Positions 7,501 to 14,280 of a stretch of 24,706 bases of DNA are shown here, one piece after another. The notes beneath the pieces were generated by a model. It did no database searches. It saw nothing but the letters and a program-made list of their open reading frames with translations, and was not told the DNA's origin. How positions within the stretch are numbered: position 1 is the first letter of the stretch; each line of letters opens with the position of its first letter. The position numbers and the translations under genes were made by a program. The stretch comes from a virus (taxonomy: Duplodnaviria; Heunggongvirae; Uroviricota; Caudoviricetes): the IMG/VR virus record IMGVR_UViG_3300033405_000002, positions 307,595-332,300 of that record. The stretch is one strand, 5' to 3'.

Positions 7501-10480
7501 ACCAAATGTAGATGTCGCGCCAAGGCACACGGTGCCCAGCAATCTCACCAACGATTGCTTTCACCGCCTTGAGCACCTGACGCCAGCGCATCCCTTGCTC
7601 CCAGCGGACGAGCACCACTGCCGGGAATCCCGGAACATGTTCGGAATCCACACCAAGCGTCATGCTGGTTGTGTCGCCCTTGCGAGCCTGCTTGCGCTTG
7701 CTGATCTTGACTGTCCCATCTGTCAATAGGATCAACGGCACTCCCATAAACGACTGCTGCTTCGGCTGGAAGCCTAGTGCTTGGAGCAAGCGAACGTACT
7801 TCAAGGTCTTGGCTGGGTTCATGGAAGCAACTACGAGCACGTGGTATTTGTCAATCCACTGCTGGATCGTCTGCTTGAGTTCTCGTCTGCTACCTTTCCC
7901 GCGATCCTGCTTTTGCTGCTCGAACTGTTGACCTAAGTCTACAGCGCTCATACCCACGCGCTGCATACCGATCTGATATATCCCGAAGTTCTTCTCGTAT
8001 GTGACGAAGAAATCGTAATCGCCAATGGTCTTTTCTTCGACAATGTCTGAACCAAGAGTCTTTAGCGTTTGTCTGTCTTCTTCAGTAACCGCAGCCGTGA
8101 TCGCTGGATTCTTTTTGTCGAATTTTCCCACATTCCCGATGGCGCTCTTGATTTGGCGTGGGTCCCAAACGATGTAGTGCTTCGTGCCCCACTCCATCTC
8201 CATGCCCTTGTATTTGCTCCCGCCGCCGAACTCTCCCCAAGCATCTTGAATGATGCCGTCAAAGCCCGCCGCCTTGTACACGTCGCCGATGAACGCGCCA
8301 GTGTTGACGCTGCCGTTTTCGTCTTCGATGTAGTCCAGACCGCGCACAGCTTCTTCGAAATCATAGGCTGTGAATTCCGGGTTTCCAATCTTCTCGTTTG
8401 CCTCGCTCCAGATTCGACCGCCATCCGTGCCCCAATGGGATGCCGCGTTCATGACAGCTTCGTACAATTCCACGGCGCTGCCGGACTCTTCTCCAGTGCG
8501 TTCGTTATAGCGGTACTCAAACCATGTGCCGCCGCCCTTTTCCACGACTACGGGCTTGCGGATGCGCAGGTAGACCGCCATAGTGGTGCCTTTGTTCGGT
8601 CCCACAACTTCTTCGCGTGCCAATCTTCCGGCTTCTTCTTCTATCTCTTGCATCTCGATCCCGTCAGCCGTGTAGCCATGCTCATCTTCAAACTTTCCTT
8701 CAAGCTCTTGCTGGATTTCCTCAGTGCGGCGTGAGATGCGGGCGGTAATATCGCCGCCTTTGTCCGTGGCATAGTTGGTTTCAACGTCATAAGCTGACGA
8801 CGAGAAATAGAACCCTTTGCCGTAGTAATTTTCTTCATTGGTCTTGTCGATGTCAAAGGTTTCGACTTCGTGCGTGGTGCCGTGATAGACTTTCATCGGC
8901 TCGCCGTCTTCGTCAACTACCTTGCTCGATCCAAACCACTTCTTGAAGTTACTTGTTTCAGTGACGGGCTTAGTTGGGGCTTTCCACTTGCGCGGCTTCT
9001 TAGTCGTTTGTACGGCTGGCTCCGTGCGCTCGACCTCTTCCGGTTGTTCACCGCGATCTAATTTCCGAAGTGTGTCCGGGCTTGATAGCCAATCTTGCGC
9101 CTGTTGTTCTGAATCCGCGAACGCTACCGCATCGCCGTCTTTGTTGTAGATGATCCAGTTATCACCGTGCGTCTGCTTGCGATACTCATACTGCGGACGT
9201 GACTCCGGTTCAACATCGTCTGTCTCTTGCGGCGGACGCTGTGGAATCTCAGGTGCAACTTGCGGAGATGCGGCAGACTTTCGGCTCTTGAACGGGCCGC
9301 TCTCCCAAAACTGTTTAAGCCCACGCATCTTTGGTTGTAGCTCGTCTGGGCCCTGCATCAGGTAACCAGATGTGACGATGGTATCAGCCCTACCTTCATA
9401 GCGGGCGGCAGCATCGCGACAAATTTTCTTCAACTCTGGAAGACTGCGGCAAATCTTCACGTCGCGCTCAAGCGGCGGATACTTCACCGTATAGCCCTGT
9501 GGTGAGTTGTCAAAATCAACGGGCCAAACTGTGATGACAAACGGAATCTCTTCCTGTTCGGCAGCGGTCTGTGCCATTGCCTTACCCAGCGGAATTTTAA
9601 CTTGATCGTTGTCATCGTGCTTCGACAACACAACAGCAGACGCTTGGAAGCTAATCCCGGCGAACGCGTCACTTCCAACGAAGTGCTGCGCCTCAACTGG
9701 TTTGACGTATGCAATAGTGATGTGCGGGGTGTAAGTGAAATCATCGGGCTGGGTGCCGATAGCGTTCATGACTTCATCGTGCAAATCATGAAATCCTTGT
9801 CCGTTGACTTCTACGACGACGGGAACACCGCCAGCATTGTTCTCACTCGCGGTGAAGGCCGAAGTCTTGCCAAGCTGCCCAGAGAACGGCGCGTGATGCT
9901 GGCAGATAGTGCGGAGTGCTTGTTCGTCTTCCTTTACGCCATACTTCACCGTGACGTGCGGGGTCAAAACACGACCCTCTCCGGTAAGGTACTCGTCCGG
10001 GATCAACTCTTTCCCAACTTGGATAATCTTAGCCGCGACGTCGCCCGGTACGTCAACCTGCGTGGATGCGTTACTGTGAATCTTGGCGTCCTTCTGAAAC
10101 TCCGGCATGTTGTGGGAGACAACAGTGAAATGTTCAGCGCCAAGCGGCTTGGTAAGCACTAACTTGCCGGGGGTGCCGATTCTCTCTTCGGTGGACAATT
10201 CATCCTCAACAGTCTCGGCGAAGCCGTCCTCGGGGTCAACTTTAAGTGAGTCCATCGGGCAGGTTACTTCAAGAACAACGTTGCAGCCTTTTTCTTCGGC
10301 GAACCAGAGAGCGTCGTTATAACCCGTGGAAAGGTAAAGGTATTTTGTCTGCCCAATGTTACCACCTTGGGGGACTTGGTTCGGCCGCCAACCGTTGTTA
10401 ATCAAGCGTTTGGCGTTCTCCGCGCAGGTTCCGTGGTAGAGCGTGACGGTTTCGACTGCCTTTTTGTCCAATAAGCTCAT
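1553..10480 (-). CDS. Giant polyvalent multi-effector protein (~2,975 aa): ART-like x4, 2H phosphoesterase, GNAT, PcfJ-like x2, DnaJ-type Zn repeats, Zn ribbon and several unknown domains
   Basis: Single uninterrupted 8.9-kb ORF. I prefer ATG 10480 (AGGGA upstream) over GTG 10501. Motifs in order: LYHGT...YLYLS; PHVTV...PHITI; FKKWFGSSKVVDEDGEPMKVYHGT...GFDGII...QIKSAIGNVGKFD; TKWCTAA...GPLYII...RYQFHF; CxxCxGxG array; CICGN...CDRCG; VAPRYRRVGVGTMMY; EEARAMGHCGN...ILSLR...EMKGKANNKP; LYHVT...ISFT...EWR; VVYHGT...YDGVI...IVFKPNQVK. Confidence 0.92.
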   Translation of the reverse strand: MSLLDKKAVETVTLYHGTCAENAKRLINNGWRPNQVPQGGNIGQTKYLYLSTGYNDALWFAEEKGCNVVLEVTCPMDSLKVDPEDGFAETVEDELSTEERIGTPGKLVLTKPLGAEHFTVVSHNMPEFQKDAKIHSNASTQVDVPGDVAAKIIQVGKELIPDEYLTGEGRVLTPHVTVKYGVKEDEQALRTICQHHAPFSGQLGKTSAFTASENNAGGVPVVVEVNGQGFHDLHDEVMNAIGTQPDDFTYTPHITIAYVKPVEAQHFVGSDAFAGISFQASAVVLSKHDDNDQVKIPLGKAMAQTAAEQEEIPFVITVWPVDFDNSPQGYTVKYPPLERDVKICRSLPELKKICRDAAARYEGRADTIVTSGYLMQGPDELQPKMRGLKQFWESGPFKSRKSAASPQVAPEIPQRPPQETDDVEPESRPQYEYRKQTHGDNWIIYNKDGDAVAFADSEQQAQDWLSSPDTLRKLDRGEQPEEVERTEPAVQTTKKPRKWKAPTKPVTETSNFKKWFGSSKVVDEDGEPMKVYHGTTHEVETFDIDKTNEENYYGKGFYFSSSAYDVETNYATDKGGDITARISRRTEEIQQELEGKFEDEHGYTADGIEMQEIEEEAGRLAREEVVGPNKGTTMAVYLRIRKPVVVEKGGGTWFEYRYNERTGEESGSAVELYEAVMNAASHWGTDGGRIWSEANEKIGNPEFTAYDFEEAVRGLDYIEDENGSVNTGAFIGDVYKAAGFDGIIQDAWGEFGGGSKYKGMEMEWGTKHYIVWDPRQIKSAIGNVGKFDKKNPAITAAVTEEDRQTLKTLGSDIVEEKTIGDYDFFVTYEKNFGIYQIGMQRVGMSAVDLGQQFEQQKQDRGKGSRRELKQTIQQWIDKYHVLVVASMNPAKTLKYVRLLQALGFQPKQQSFMGVPLILLTDGTVKISKRKQARKGDTTSMTLGVDSEHVPGFPAVVLVRWEQGMRWRQVLKAVKAIVGEIAGHRVPWRDIYIWSSLWGNYEEQQAGWEEYKGRKRSVMFDVLHNGSFVSVGAPYQTTAVVAGEESPDAPCPDCGAPKSKHAAFRIIALNIPRLVQDFGQKLVARYFADLGVTQPVDAGVDLPEKIINELKKSDPTANFEYTAWLTGNYARGDIGAFKEIPQKIAPLLVRFNDLKKGKYLDASERDIGRIKGAAQLTQVIEKYAEVVAESERKKKAEREKQLFTEGKATLFYDDGNIKIIIPNTEEAAIYFGINTKWCTAASEGMNHFQNYAEDGPLYIILFKAENRRYQFHFPSAQFMDEQDVEIVPGTFLPAHPKLAELFLPIAEEAVDDGKAQCEDCGGSGGDTCSCDDGTVECDYCSGRGSEDCDTCEGAGELSCEKCDGSGQLTDDEGNEEECSSCDGSGTRPCPDCEDSSGSIECPNCEGSGGWTCEECGGTGRATCTECEGKGYLPDLHAFIVAARRTVQAAKAQGAAAGKTSDSHKETPFSDTQYENPEQGMETNAYADTYERVKGIYELPSLEELAPQMFTAAERVQDSATDQIKCICGNEPHKEGFYWCDQFGKYIDDYDDWDGHYIRCDRCGRVINQKTGRVMGKADKNLFGEVSVTAAELPEEDIARTDEEIAKIREEVKDVEITYEVMDSHRGELSAEVGAWLHGKPIGYVSFSELEDDDTSDPNQYKEMEDEYGGKYWEQVGEIPREVHIKYVYVAPRYRRVGVGTMMYEKIKKEFPGEPIRSSGTTERGGKFRNSLLNRGVITAVFAEAQNEVRHSDHLLDSEATGTTKTLKSDPFMLETQVLHESLGKEPKPMNPALPTGRSEQTPPAEGEAELQMTSSFHIEAVNYDEMFKNILELTPKGGLTAADVKQEIAWAKKDLKKQDRIVWWLRWYRLALLGVIVENLQQQARVKQEEAKLYTELGGAEHQQNEQSATEAQQKADMAMRYLQGEEKALGNRTGRDMMGIPHKRPDWYKGMHTKMQHLMSLPVAKIQNTVWDKQTPEALVTEFENYEKEWGEDIKGKLKPNLEPVWTSEDAQRIQRMRQNVEYHLSRGDTEKAERLQEEIKKLEDEIAERGEQPEVDTVFLQFQDGWAWWKLSRAYCSEEARAMGHCGNVVGQDRPDERILSLRKPSKVGKETWWEPHLTFILEPNGQLGEMKGKANNKPTAAYHKYIIPLLEDPRIKGIRGGGYAPERNFSLADLPKEEQERLTAAKPGLLNAEMYLAKFGPTEEWVRRVDETLEWDYSHSTKLGGWEINTYKSLDDFVQETGNDTAKWIGRVFSGDENLDYYEGISLSDAIENLDTAGEEMVRNYIRVTYPEEVKAWEKEYDTELDNSNLGDAISEMSLDDVEQDLTRAVETGRRYGAEKEMYEALTSAIENMGSDDNNRLGSAVAYKTYTDPKTGKVSPVWDSPVTEYFPNTSAAKLADSGSNWEQIEENEYGYYSGTSALNVEEPHYGWDGWDQEGFMEEIKQSFGQPKSPEDEAKHQAELEAEAKKRPDLIPVRTNGKITGWGHNPNYKGPKLGPGGVEVDEKGNPIKKKPAPKKKKKRKSHLLNKKAAEPWEMSEREYAAKDWTPEETEEEAKERYRRKRVWQQNALGAVSLGKLTPQEAKARGAYDTEKFKPLPPDLYHVTTAKSKVLAEGLKTRQEMNMGSGTGLGGGTEQAISFTADPEIARGIYENLLIARRVAAGEMTLDDLIETATKGEGANRPWINDILKSLGGSSGTKDFGDKMVDALKRGVTWEQSMGRPPQEGWADQGTLRTKPGNWRPAPWSYHWTGGDGNEYYSNWERDLTPKERQEAIFDFFKKWSFFREQAGGGLDPLYFMSDPEALGKTPESEIAILHFKPVPGAMGTQESALGEWRTYTGAAVKLVGEGLAKGQTAAVKPFPNSVVQQVVYHGTNEPFTRVDMGRGAQGVFWVTSDRSKIERGESGATSSKHILPMYINIQKPAGWPEYEKYSLGELKRDYDGVILNDEDGSFDAIVFKPNQVKMIKELKQNA
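6194..6535 (-). repeat. DnaJ-type CxxCxGxG zinc-finger repeat array inside the giant protein
   Basis: Eight canonical repeats (CEDCGGSG, CDYCSGRG, CDTCEGAG, CEKCDGSG, CSSCDGSG, CPNCEGSG, CEECGGTG, CTECEGKG) plus two variants (CSCDDG, CPDCEDSSG). Confidence 0.9.
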
Positions 10481-10488
10481 TGATTTCC

Positions 10489-10508
10489 CTACTTTAGGCA
10501 CGAAAAGT
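10489..10508 (-). promoter_or_regulatory. Putative phage-specific (late?) promoter motif, copy 1
   Basis: ACTTTTCGTGCCTAAAGTAG, starting 28 nt upstream of ATG 10480. Similar to motifs upstream of 15771 and 21544. Confidence 0.45.
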
Positions 10509-10517
10509 CAGTAGGTT

Positions 10518-10916
10518 TTAGAACAGCGTCCGGTCTTTGCGTAAGGCGTGCTTTTTGAAGATGCCACGATCTGCAACGTATTGACGCCATTGCTCGAAGG
10601 CGGGGCCGTGGTCATCTTTGAGATCGGTTGCTAAGTGGATCATCTCATGAACAAGAGTTGAGATTTTGACGATCCAACTGTCGTTCTTGCGGCGACTGAG
10701 CACGATGGCAAAGTCATGCCAGCGGTCATAGTTCTTGTCGTTTGGGTCAGTTGGAAGGCGCTCGGCTTCGCCGAAATACTTCTCTTCCCAAGCGTCACCG
10801 CGTTCTTCTTCTTCAGGGTCAGCCCATCTCACGCAAACCCGCTCAGGGCAGTTGCCGTCAAAGAACCGTTTGTTGATGCGTTTGTACCAGCCTAGTAAAG
10901 TGCGGTCGGACTTCAT
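10518..10916 (-). CDS. SprT-like zinc metalloprotease (132 aa)
   Basis: N-terminal YKRINKRFFDG, zinc motif TLVHEMIH and downstream HGPAF match the SprT-like pattern. AGAAGG lies upstream of the ATG. Confidence 0.85.
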   Translation of the reverse strand: MKSDRTLLGWYKRINKRFFDGNCPERVCVRWADPEEEERGDAWEEKYFGEAERLPTDPNDKNYDRWHDFAIVLSRRKNDSWIVKISTLVHEMIHLATDLKDDHGPAFEQWRQYVADRGIFKKHALRKDRTLF

Positions 10917-10927
10917 GGATACCTTCT

Positions 10928-10936
10928 ATTTTAGCA
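10928..10936 (-). promoter_or_regulatory. Possible sigma70-type extended -10 promoter for the SprT-like gene
   Basis: TGcTAAAAT on the minus strand in the 20-nt intergenic gap, 11 nt before the ATG. Confidence 0.35.
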
Positions 10937-12280
10937 TCAATGTTGTGAGTTTTGGTTTTGAGCCTTCCAGAGAGCAAGCCGTGTTCTAAAATACGTTGAG
11001 AACTGGCTTTTGCTCGGTTTTGGCTGACCTATTGCTGCGATACGGCTTGCGGTCTTTCTGACCTCCTCGTAACTGACCTGACCGAAGGTGTCCGCCATCT
11101 TCTTCAAAGCGGCCTGCACTTCCACCATCAGGTTTCCTTCCGTGCGTCCTTCCACCGATTCCTGCAAGCGTTCCAATGCCGCTTCCCCGGCTTGCACGAT
11201 GTCATTCAAATCCTGCACTATCCTTGCTTCTTCGGGGGTAAGGGAGCCTTTGGCGGGCTTGTAGGTGAGATCGTGGGTGACTTCGGCCCACGCGTGCATG
11301 AGCACGGACGCGACCTGAATTTCGACATTTGTGTCGGCATAGCGTAATTCCTCCTTATGCAGTCCTTCGGGTCTCAGTTGCACCAAATAGTGCGTGGCAA
11401 CATACCCCATGCCGTCTCCCGGCCCCCGGTCTTCGGGGAAATGCTTCGGCGGACGAACTGGGGCGAAGATTTTTTCGATGATTTGACCGACCGCATCGCG
11501 ATCATGCGGCAAATAGAGCGCCACACGGACGCCAGCCATGTCCACTATATCATCGTAGATGTCACGGAAGGACTGATAGTGCCGCTTCTGGTCGCGCTTC
11601 ATCAGCTTCTCTCGCAGGCGGCGGGGCTTTTTTGCTCGGTATGTCACGATGGCGCGGATACCCGCGTCCTGAAGCGCTTCTTCCAATTCTTCCTGAACTT
11701 TATGGGCAGTTTCTTTGTAGTAGTCCTGCTCGTGTTCGTACAGTTTGATAAAGGCGTCGATGACAGAAAGCTTTTCGCGCTCATGTCCGGCAATCTTAGC
11801 CTCTTCTTCTTGAAGCTCGGTCTTGATTTCTTCGTTTTCCTGCGTCTCGTCCTCTTCGCGCTCGTGATCCACGCGGTCATAGAAGTAGTCGAACGGGATT
11901 TCAGAAATGTCAGTCATTTCCACATCTGCATCTTCCCCCGTTTGTTCTTCGTACAACTCTTCGGCTTCTTCCAGCGAGTCGAACCCAAGCATGATTTTCC
12001 ACTCGTCAAACTCCCCGGTGTCCTTACGACTCTGCTCGACGGCGTAAACGTATTCAGCGTCTTTGTTTGGCCCAATGTACACGTCCAGCCGCTCTTCGTC
12101 GCCAGCGGCAACGGTATCCGGGATGTAGCCGTAGTCAGCCTTCATCTCAGTCTTGAACTTCGTCCCGTCCTTGCGTTCGCCGACACGCGTGCTCCCTTTA
12201 GGCCATTGAATGACCACGGGAATGCCGCGAAACTCGGTGCTGTGCATGTTGGGCAGTTTGTCAGCCGTGATGGATTTCAT
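10937..12280 (-). CDS. Inorganic pyrophosphatase-like domain fused to a RelA/SpoT small alarmone synthetase domain (447 aa)
   Basis: N-terminal family-I PPase-like motifs: KGS-R, DYGYIPDT, DEERLDVYIGP, FDEWKIMLGF. Acidic linker. C-terminal RSH synthetase motifs: YRAK...EKL, DMAGVRV, GYVATHY, EIQV, HAWAEVTHDLTYK. Confidence 0.88.
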   Translation of the reverse strand: MKSITADKLPNMHSTEFRGIPVVIQWPKGSTRVGERKDGTKFKTEMKADYGYIPDTVAAGDEERLDVYIGPNKDAEYVYAVEQSRKDTGEFDEWKIMLGFDSLEEAEELYEEQTGEDADVEMTDISEIPFDYFYDRVDHEREEDETQENEEIKTELQEEEAKIAGHEREKLSVIDAFIKLYEHEQDYYKETAHKVQEELEEALQDAGIRAIVTYRAKKPRRLREKLMKRDQKRHYQSFRDIYDDIVDMAGVRVALYLPHDRDAVGQIIEKIFAPVRPPKHFPEDRGPGDGMGYVATHYLVQLRPEGLHKEELRYADTNVEIQVASVLMHAWAEVTHDLTYKPAKGSLTPEEARIVQDLNDIVQAGEAALERLQESVEGRTEGNLMVEVQAALKKMADTFGQVSYEEVRKTASRIAAIGQPKPSKSQFSTYFRTRLALWKAQNQNSQH

Positions 12281-12455
12281 TGTTTTAATGGTAAATCGGG
12301 ATTCGCCCCAAAATCTTCCCCATCTATGATACGAATAGGCAACGGAAACTTTCGGGAACTGCCGAAATTTGCAAGTTCGGAAATGCGCAGTATTTATGCT
12401 TGAGAATCAAATACGTGTCTCTTTTGCATGAGTAGTAATTCCTTGGAGGGAACTT

Positions 12456-14024
12456 TTGGCTACTAAGAAATCAACCGAACAATCTGGGACACCGCAGGGC
12501 CAGCCGTCACGTGAAGACTTGCTGCTCGAAGCACAGCGCTTGCAGGACGCGAATCCAACGATCATCATTGGACGTGATTTCTGGAGAGCGAACGCGAAGT
12601 TCACAGAAAAGCAAATCGCGAAGTATTGGTCGCGCTTTAAGGATTTCCTGCGAGAAGCTGGGGTGCGGTTAGAAGTCACCGAAGCCCCCGATCCAGAAGA
12701 CTTGGACGAAGCAGATGCCAACCTAGTGTACACTGAAAAGTACACGTTCAACAAAGAGACGGACACCTATATCACCTTCTTGGATCGCTGCAAAGTGCGC
12801 ATCCAGTTATCCGGCGCTCAGCACCGCGCAATGAAGGATGCCTACTCCAACTGGACGGGTAAGCCTGAAACCATCAATGAAATCTGCCGCACGTTCGGTA
12901 TGCGCCGTGACTGGTTCATCGAATACAAATCAGTCCATGGCTGGACACATGACAGCGAGCCTGTCACCACCGAAGAGCTTCTGTCGCGTGACGAAGATGA
13001 CATGGTGGAAGACATTCTTCAGAAGAAGAAGCAGTCTCTCTACAAAGCGTTCGAGAAGAAAAAGTGGCGCTTGATCCAGAGCGACCACGAGAAGTGGCAG
13101 AACTTTGACCAGAACGTATTCCAGCCGCTACTCGCCCACGTCCAAAAGAACCTTCCCGCTTACAAGCCGCCGATGCTCAATATCAACAAGTCCAAGGAAC
13201 CGTTCGCGGTCATTTTGTCCCCGTTCGACTTGCACTTCGGCAAACACGGCTGGGAAGATGAGACAGGTTCAAGCTATAGCCGTCAAGAAGCACGTGACCT
13301 GCTGATGGAGCACACGGGCAACCTTGGTACGCTCATTTCAAACTTCGGTAAGCCTGAAAAGATCATCTGCGGCTCCGGCTCCGACTGGCTGCACATTGAC
13401 AACCCGCAAGGCGGCACCACACGCGGAACGCCACAGGACTGTGACGGTACGTATTCTCAGATTCTCATCGAAGGATCAGAGCTTGCGCACGACCACGTTG
13501 AGATGCTGCGCCAGATCGCACCCGTTGAATGGTATCCGGTTCCCGGCAACCACGACCGCTCGGCAGCTATGACAATCATGCTCTACTTGCAGGCGATTTA
13601 CAAAGACTCGAAGGATGTCAAGATTACGGTCAATCCAAAGCGCCGCCAATACACGCTCTACGGCGACTCGTTGCTTGGCTTCAGCCACGGCGATTCTGTC
13701 AAGCCGGGAGACGCGCACGCGGTCATGACCAAGGAAGCGGCTGATCTCTGGGCGCAATCGAACCGCCAGTATTGGTTCTGCGGTCACCTGCACCACGAAG
13801 TGATCCGCGAGATTCACGGCCTCACGCATATTCAGTTGAAGAGTTTGTCAGGCATGGATCGGTTCCACTCCAATGCTGGCTACATCACTTCGGGCCGTGC
13901 GCTGCAAGCCTTTATCGTTACCAAGGATAAGGGCATCGTGGCTCAGCTTGTTTCCCCTGTCAAGAACGACGTGCTATTTGGCGTCAAGATCAAGAAGGCG
14001 AAGAAGGCAAAGAATGGCAGATAG
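12456..14024 (+). CDS. Calcineurin-like metallophosphoesterase with long N-terminal extension (522 aa)
   Basis: All five motifs are present: DLH, GSDWLH, GNHD, SHGD, GHLH. TTG start preceded by GGAGGG. Confidence 0.85.
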   Translation: MATKKSTEQSGTPQGQPSREDLLLEAQRLQDANPTIIIGRDFWRANAKFTEKQIAKYWSRFKDFLREAGVRLEVTEAPDPEDLDEADANLVYTEKYTFNKETDTYITFLDRCKVRIQLSGAQHRAMKDAYSNWTGKPETINEICRTFGMRRDWFIEYKSVHGWTHDSEPVTTEELLSRDEDDMVEDILQKKKQSLYKAFEKKKWRLIQSDHEKWQNFDQNVFQPLLAHVQKNLPAYKPPMLNINKSKEPFAVILSPFDLHFGKHGWEDETGSSYSRQEARDLLMEHTGNLGTLISNFGKPEKIICGSGSDWLHIDNPQGGTTRGTPQDCDGTYSQILIEGSELAHDHVEMLRQIAPVEWYPVPGNHDRSAAMTIMLYLQAIYKDSKDVKITVNPKRRQYTLYGDSLLGFSHGDSVKPGDAHAVMTKEAADLWAQSNRQYWFCGHLHHEVIREIHGLTHIQLKSLSGMDRFHSNAGYITSGRALQAFIVTKDKGIVAQLVSPVKNDVLFGVKIKKAKKAKNGR

Positions 14025-14277
14025 TAGTTTCGCGCACAAGTACATTCAGCAGTCCCCGCATTGCGACCAACGAATCCTGCATGAGCCGGGGAAGTGTGAG
14101 TATTGCGACATGCACCCGGAATGGCAAGCGCTTCGTATTCTATGGGGGATCGCCTTCACAGGCGGACCCGCACAGGACGAGTACGGCAAGCCGCTCCAGC
14201 CATGCCCTGCGGAAGCTGCTCGGCCTCTCGAAATCATTGAACGCTGGTACGGGAACGTACCACATCAAGATCGGTAA
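14014..14277 (+). CDS. Hypothetical Cys/His-rich protein (87 aa), possibly Zn-binding
   Basis: Restarted at ATG 14014 (MADSSFAH), overlapping the upstream stop, with AGAAGG upstream. Contains PHCD...LHEPGKCEYCD. Confidence 0.7.
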   Translation: MADSSFAHKYIQQSPHCDQRILHEPGKCEYCDMHPEWQALRILWGIAFTGGPAQDEYGKPLQPCPAEAARPLEIIERWYGNVPHQDR

Positions 14278-14280
14278 GCC

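Noticed and set aside
283-10322. Many plus-strand ORFs (e.g. 2024-2899, 4946-5602, 8069-8734, 9602-10162)
   Set aside because: They are antisense shadows of the two long minus-strand genes, with no motifs and unnatural composition.
11357-12403. 348-aa plus-strand ORF
   Set aside because: It is antisense to the PPase-RelA fusion, which has clear catalytic motifs. Its F/L/V-rich composition mirrors the E/K/D codons opposite.
12281-12455. Structured RNA or defined promoters in the divergent intergenic region
   Set aside because: Only short inverted repeats (TTTCGG/CCGAAA) and imperfect -35/-10 candidates were found. The region is probably regulatory, but no specific element could be supported.
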